The notes under the pieces are model-generated. The model searched no databases and had not been told where the DNA came from. It worked only from the letters and a program-made list of their open reading frames with translations. Shown here in pieces: positions 60,452 through 64,000 of a DNA stretch of 64,000 nucleotides; position 1 is the first letter of the stretch, and every line of letters begins with the position of its first letter. Source of the DNA: Paraspadella gotoi (lineage: Eukaryota; Animalia; Chaetognatha); assembly GCA_051294375.1 (NCBI GenBank), contig CM119267.1:16220543-16284542 (forward strand). The letters run 5' to 3'. The translations under genes and the position numbers were made by a program.

Positions 60452-63400
60452 ATCCGCACGCCAGGGGCCGCCGACTTTGTCCTCGCCGGCTTGCCGCAGG
60501 CTGCCGCCATGGAAGTCAACATAGGTGTGGCCGGTTGCGGCGCTAGCCTCGTTTCGAGCGTCGCTGTACGGACAAGCGGCAAGGGAGCACCGCAGCGTAC
60601 GCTAACTTTCGCGGATCTTTGCCAACTGGAGGACGAAGGCATCGAATTGCGCCGGCGATCTGGACGATTGCCAGATACACCGTCACAGCGCCTGGACATG
60701 TCGGCCCGGTCTCAGAGAGGTGGGCGTGTCATCAGCGTACTACTCATCTTTGAGTAACGAGCGGAACAGAACGGACATACGCGTACAAGCGACATCGTTG
60801 GACCGTGCGGCGGTCACGACGAATGCGTGACTCTAGGGCTGTAGGTCTGTTTGTGTTTTTAATTAAGTTTTGAATGATAATGTTAACAAGCAAGCTAAAA
60901 TACCAATTTTTTAAAGCACTCTCTCTCCCTCCCTCCCTCCATCACAANNNNNNNNNNNNNNNNNNNNNNNNNGGTCATGTTCGAGAATGGCACCCGATCC
61001 AAAGTGGATCTCTGCTCGGAATTCTCCGCGACGGACCCGGGAAAGTACGAGAACTTTCTCCCGATCACCGGCTGGGTGAAGACGGTCTATTCCTCCCGAC
61101 GCCAGCAAAGTTCAAAGCATCTCCTCTGCGTCGACTACGATCTGGTGGAGATGCGCCTGGACGGGAACAGCGCTTTCAGCGCCGCCTTCGAGGAACTGGA
61201 CGAGGCGTTGCGGGTCGGAAGCAACCGGCTGCGGTTGACCAGGCGTTCGAGGTTCGAGAACAAGAACGGGGGTGCTTGGGTCGTCGCCTCGTTGAGGACG
61301 CTGAAGATTCGGACAATCAACTCGACGGAGGAAGAGAACGACAACGAGAACGGTACGACGATCTTTCTCGATCCCCTTCACCAATTCCTCAGTGTCTCCG
61401 TCGCCGCCTCCGTCGATCCAACTCGCGAAACGCTTGAAGCTCCGACGGAGCGCCTCATCATGCTCACTCGCCAATGCGGCGCCGTTTTGAGCTTCGACGG
61501 CGCCGAGCGGCGGCAAGACGACGCCCTCTACGCCACCTTCTCTACTTCGGCGTCGATCTCTCTCTCGGCGCGATCCAGCCCGGCGCTCGACGACGGGCGA
61601 TGGTTCGTCGTCGTCTTCGATCGTCCCGGAGACGACGATGCCGACGTCAACGACACTCTCCACGTCGAGGTGGGCGTGGCCGAATTCGAATCGAGCGACG
61701 GGCTCATGTTCGTCGTTCCCGTCCTCGTCGGCGTCGCGCTGCTGCTGCTCTACCGGCTGTTGTACACTCGGCTGGAGCTGCACGCGGACGTAGCGAGAGT
61801 GTTGGGGGAGTTGGCGACGTTGTCGGGAGTTCGCGTCTTCGGCCGCGTCGTCGTCAACGTCTTCGCGGCGACGACCAACTCGTTCGTGTTTCACGCCGTC
61901 GTCTTCGTCGTCGTCTTTTGGATCCCGGGTCTTCAGTTCGTGTGGTCGCAGTATTTTCGGTCGAGAGAGACGGGAAACAGGTATTTTTAATAGTTAAGTA
62001 ATACCTATTAATTATTTAATATTTTGTCTATTCAAAGTTTATGTTTTCTTAGCAAAGATATAGCCATAGAATTACCATCGATATCCAGAGACCTCTGCTT
62101 CTACAACGACGCCTGCTACTACCCCTCCCGCTGGTTTCCCGCCGACATTCCCTTCAACGCCGTCACCTCCACTTTGCCCTTTCTCGCCCACGGCCTGTTG
62201 CTCTGGTTGCACCTGTTGACCCTGGAGACGAGATGCCTGACGGCGGGCCACGCCGGATTCCTCGACTACAACCTGGGATACGCGATGTCGTTGGCGTTGA
62301 TGGCTGAGGGACTGTTCGCCGCCACGTTCCACGCCTGCCCGACGAGGTAAGATGTAACCTTGACGGGCCGAGGGCACTTGACACCCTCCCACCCTCCCTC
62401 CTTCCTCCACCCATTCCTTCACCCCCTGATCCACCCCCAGATTCGTGTTCCAATTCGACTCAGCCTGCATGATTCTCGTCGCTTCTCTCGTCGTCGTCAG
62501 CGTCTTTCACGGATGGGCCGTGACTGACGAAGATCTCCGCATCCGGATCATTCCAGAAATGGGCGTGGAGAGCGACGGCGACGAGGTGGTGGAGACGATT
62601 CGCGGCCGTGTCAAAGACGACGACGACACCGACGACGACTTCGACCGCCCGCCTTCCTCCCGACGACCCATTCGAGCGCCTAAACTCTTTCTCTTCTTNN
62701 NNNNNNNNNNNNNNNNNNNNNNNNNNNNNNNNNNNNNNNNNNNNNNNNNNNNNNNNNNNNNNNNNNNNNNNNNNNNNNNNNNNNNNNNNNNNNNNNNNNN
62801 NNNNNNNNNNNNNNNNNNNNNNNNNNNNNNNNNNNNNNNNNNNNNNNNNNNNNNNNNNNNNNNNNNNNNNNNNNNNNNNNNNNNNNNNNNNNNNNNNNNN
62901 NNNNNNNNNNNNNNNNNNNNNNNNNNNNNNNNNNNNNNNNNNNNNNNNNNNNNNNNNNNNNNNNNNNNNNNNNNNNNNNNNNNNNNNNNNNNNNNNNNNN
63001 NNNNNNNNNNNNNATAGGTGAAAGAGAGATTCGGTGCGCAATAGAGTTTTAAAAATTGATTTTAATCTGCTTTACATCTTCTTTCTCTCTCTTAAATCTC
63101 ACCCCACAAGCCACCGCTCTCGCCCTCAGCTTCGTTTTCGTCATCCTCGATTTTTCGATGGTTTTTCTCGGTTGCTCCCTGGGCGCCGCCATCTTGGCTC
63201 TCGTCCTCGGCGAGATCAGGCTGGCATCGATGCGGCGTCTTCACAAGCGGCGCCGTTCCGACGGCGGCGGCGGCGGCGTGAGGGCGTTCTTCATGAGGGA
63301 TTCATCGCAGTTCGTCCTTGTCCTTCTCTATTATTTCGTCTTTTTCGCCGTCTGGGCGGCCGCCTTTTATTTTTTCGCCGTCGTCTCCAGGACGAAAGTG

Positions 63401-63827
63401 ACAGGGACGGCGAAGGAGTCCAGGTGTCGTTGTTGTTGTAGAATTGATGTGTTGTTGCTGGTGTTGCCGACAACGACAATCAAAAAGATCAAATTCCTCA
63501 CAATTGTTTTTGTTTTGTTTAAACTTTAAAGATAGTACATGGCATAGTACTTTTTTCACCCTTCCCCTATTTTTCCCTCAATCCATTTTTCCTTCATTGC
63601 TCTCACCCAATCTCGCGTTTGCTATTTCGGGTGAGTGACCCTAATTACTTCCGCCCCCTTCTCGCACTCCCCCACCCTACTTCCCTACCCTCCCTTTCCT
63701 TCCCGCTCTCAATCCAGGGATCTGAACCGGAAGTGCGAATTCCTCGGTTATTACGACGCCCACGATTTGTGGCACTTGCTCTCGTCTCACGGACTGCTGC
63801 TCGCCGTGCTCAGAGCCATCACGTTGG
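60452..63827 (+). CDS. sid-1: SID-1 transmembrane family (SIDT1/SIDT2/CHUP-1-like) protein, partial; continues past the window end, 5' end uncertain
   Basis: In-phase GT-AG exons <60973-61980, 62089-62346, 62441->62698 (gap), 63111-63423 and 63718-63827; tentative upstream exon 60452-60719. The spliced product has family motifs IPGLQFV...ETGNRDLCFYNDAC, GYAMSLALMAEGLFAATFHACPTRFVFQFDS and ESRDLNRKCEFLGYYDAHDLWHLLS (cf. SIDT TGNQDICYYN, YAMGxALMMEG...YHVCP...FQFDT, SRExNRxC...DDHDIWHFLS). Confidence 0.9.
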
Positions 63828-64000
63828 GTAAGCCAGGGATTCTTGTTTTTTTTTTTAGGCGGGTAGGGGTCGTTGGGAGCGGGAATAAGTATTGCTTGGA
63901 GCGTGGGGGTGGGATTGAGAGGTGCTTGGTCGCTTGGGGAGACGGAAAGAAAGGTATGAGAATTGCTTGTAGCGTTGGAGAGAAAGACTCATGTTCTGGA

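Noticed and set aside
60336-60524. ORF with a signal-peptide-like start (MSLLITIFGLMFLALVPS) as the SID-1 N-terminus
   Set aside because: It stops after 62 aa and its hydrophobicity overlaps a polypyrimidine tract. It cannot be joined in frame without assuming an error, so the start is left unresolved.
61112-61894. 260-aa minus-strand ORF
   Set aside because: It is the antisense shadow of the GC-rich SID-1 exon.

Overview
This is eukaryotic (animal-type) draft-assembly DNA. It is gene-poor, rich in (GA)n, (GAAA)n and (GAC)n microsatellites, and has many N gaps. Several blocks are duplicated next to gaps, some as insertion-rich copies that look like uncorrected long-read gap fills, so most of the supplied ORF track is spurious. 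Three spliced genes are supported. (1) A complete 5-exon GM2 ganglioside activator (ML-domain) gene, + strand, 45170-47138. (2) A minus-strand extended-PHD (PHF6/PHF11/G2E3-type) zinc-finger gene from 55866 down to about 49100, with 1-nt indels and a GC-AG intron. (3) A divergent SID-1/SIDT-family membrane protein gene, + strand, about 60.4 kb to beyond the window end. The first intron of the ePHD gene holds an intact-looking 1.77-kb non-autonomous LTR element (53286-55058). It has 169-bp LTRs, a CTAAT target duplication, a tRNA-Lys-like PBS, a PPT and apparently non-canonical CA...AG ends. Its only cargo is a frameshifted ORF with several TQT (dynein light chain LC8-type) motifs. A family of DINE-1/HINE-like non-autonomous Helentron elements, a 230-bp dispersed repeat and two minisatellites are also visible. 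All family assignments come from motif recognition by eye; no searches were run.
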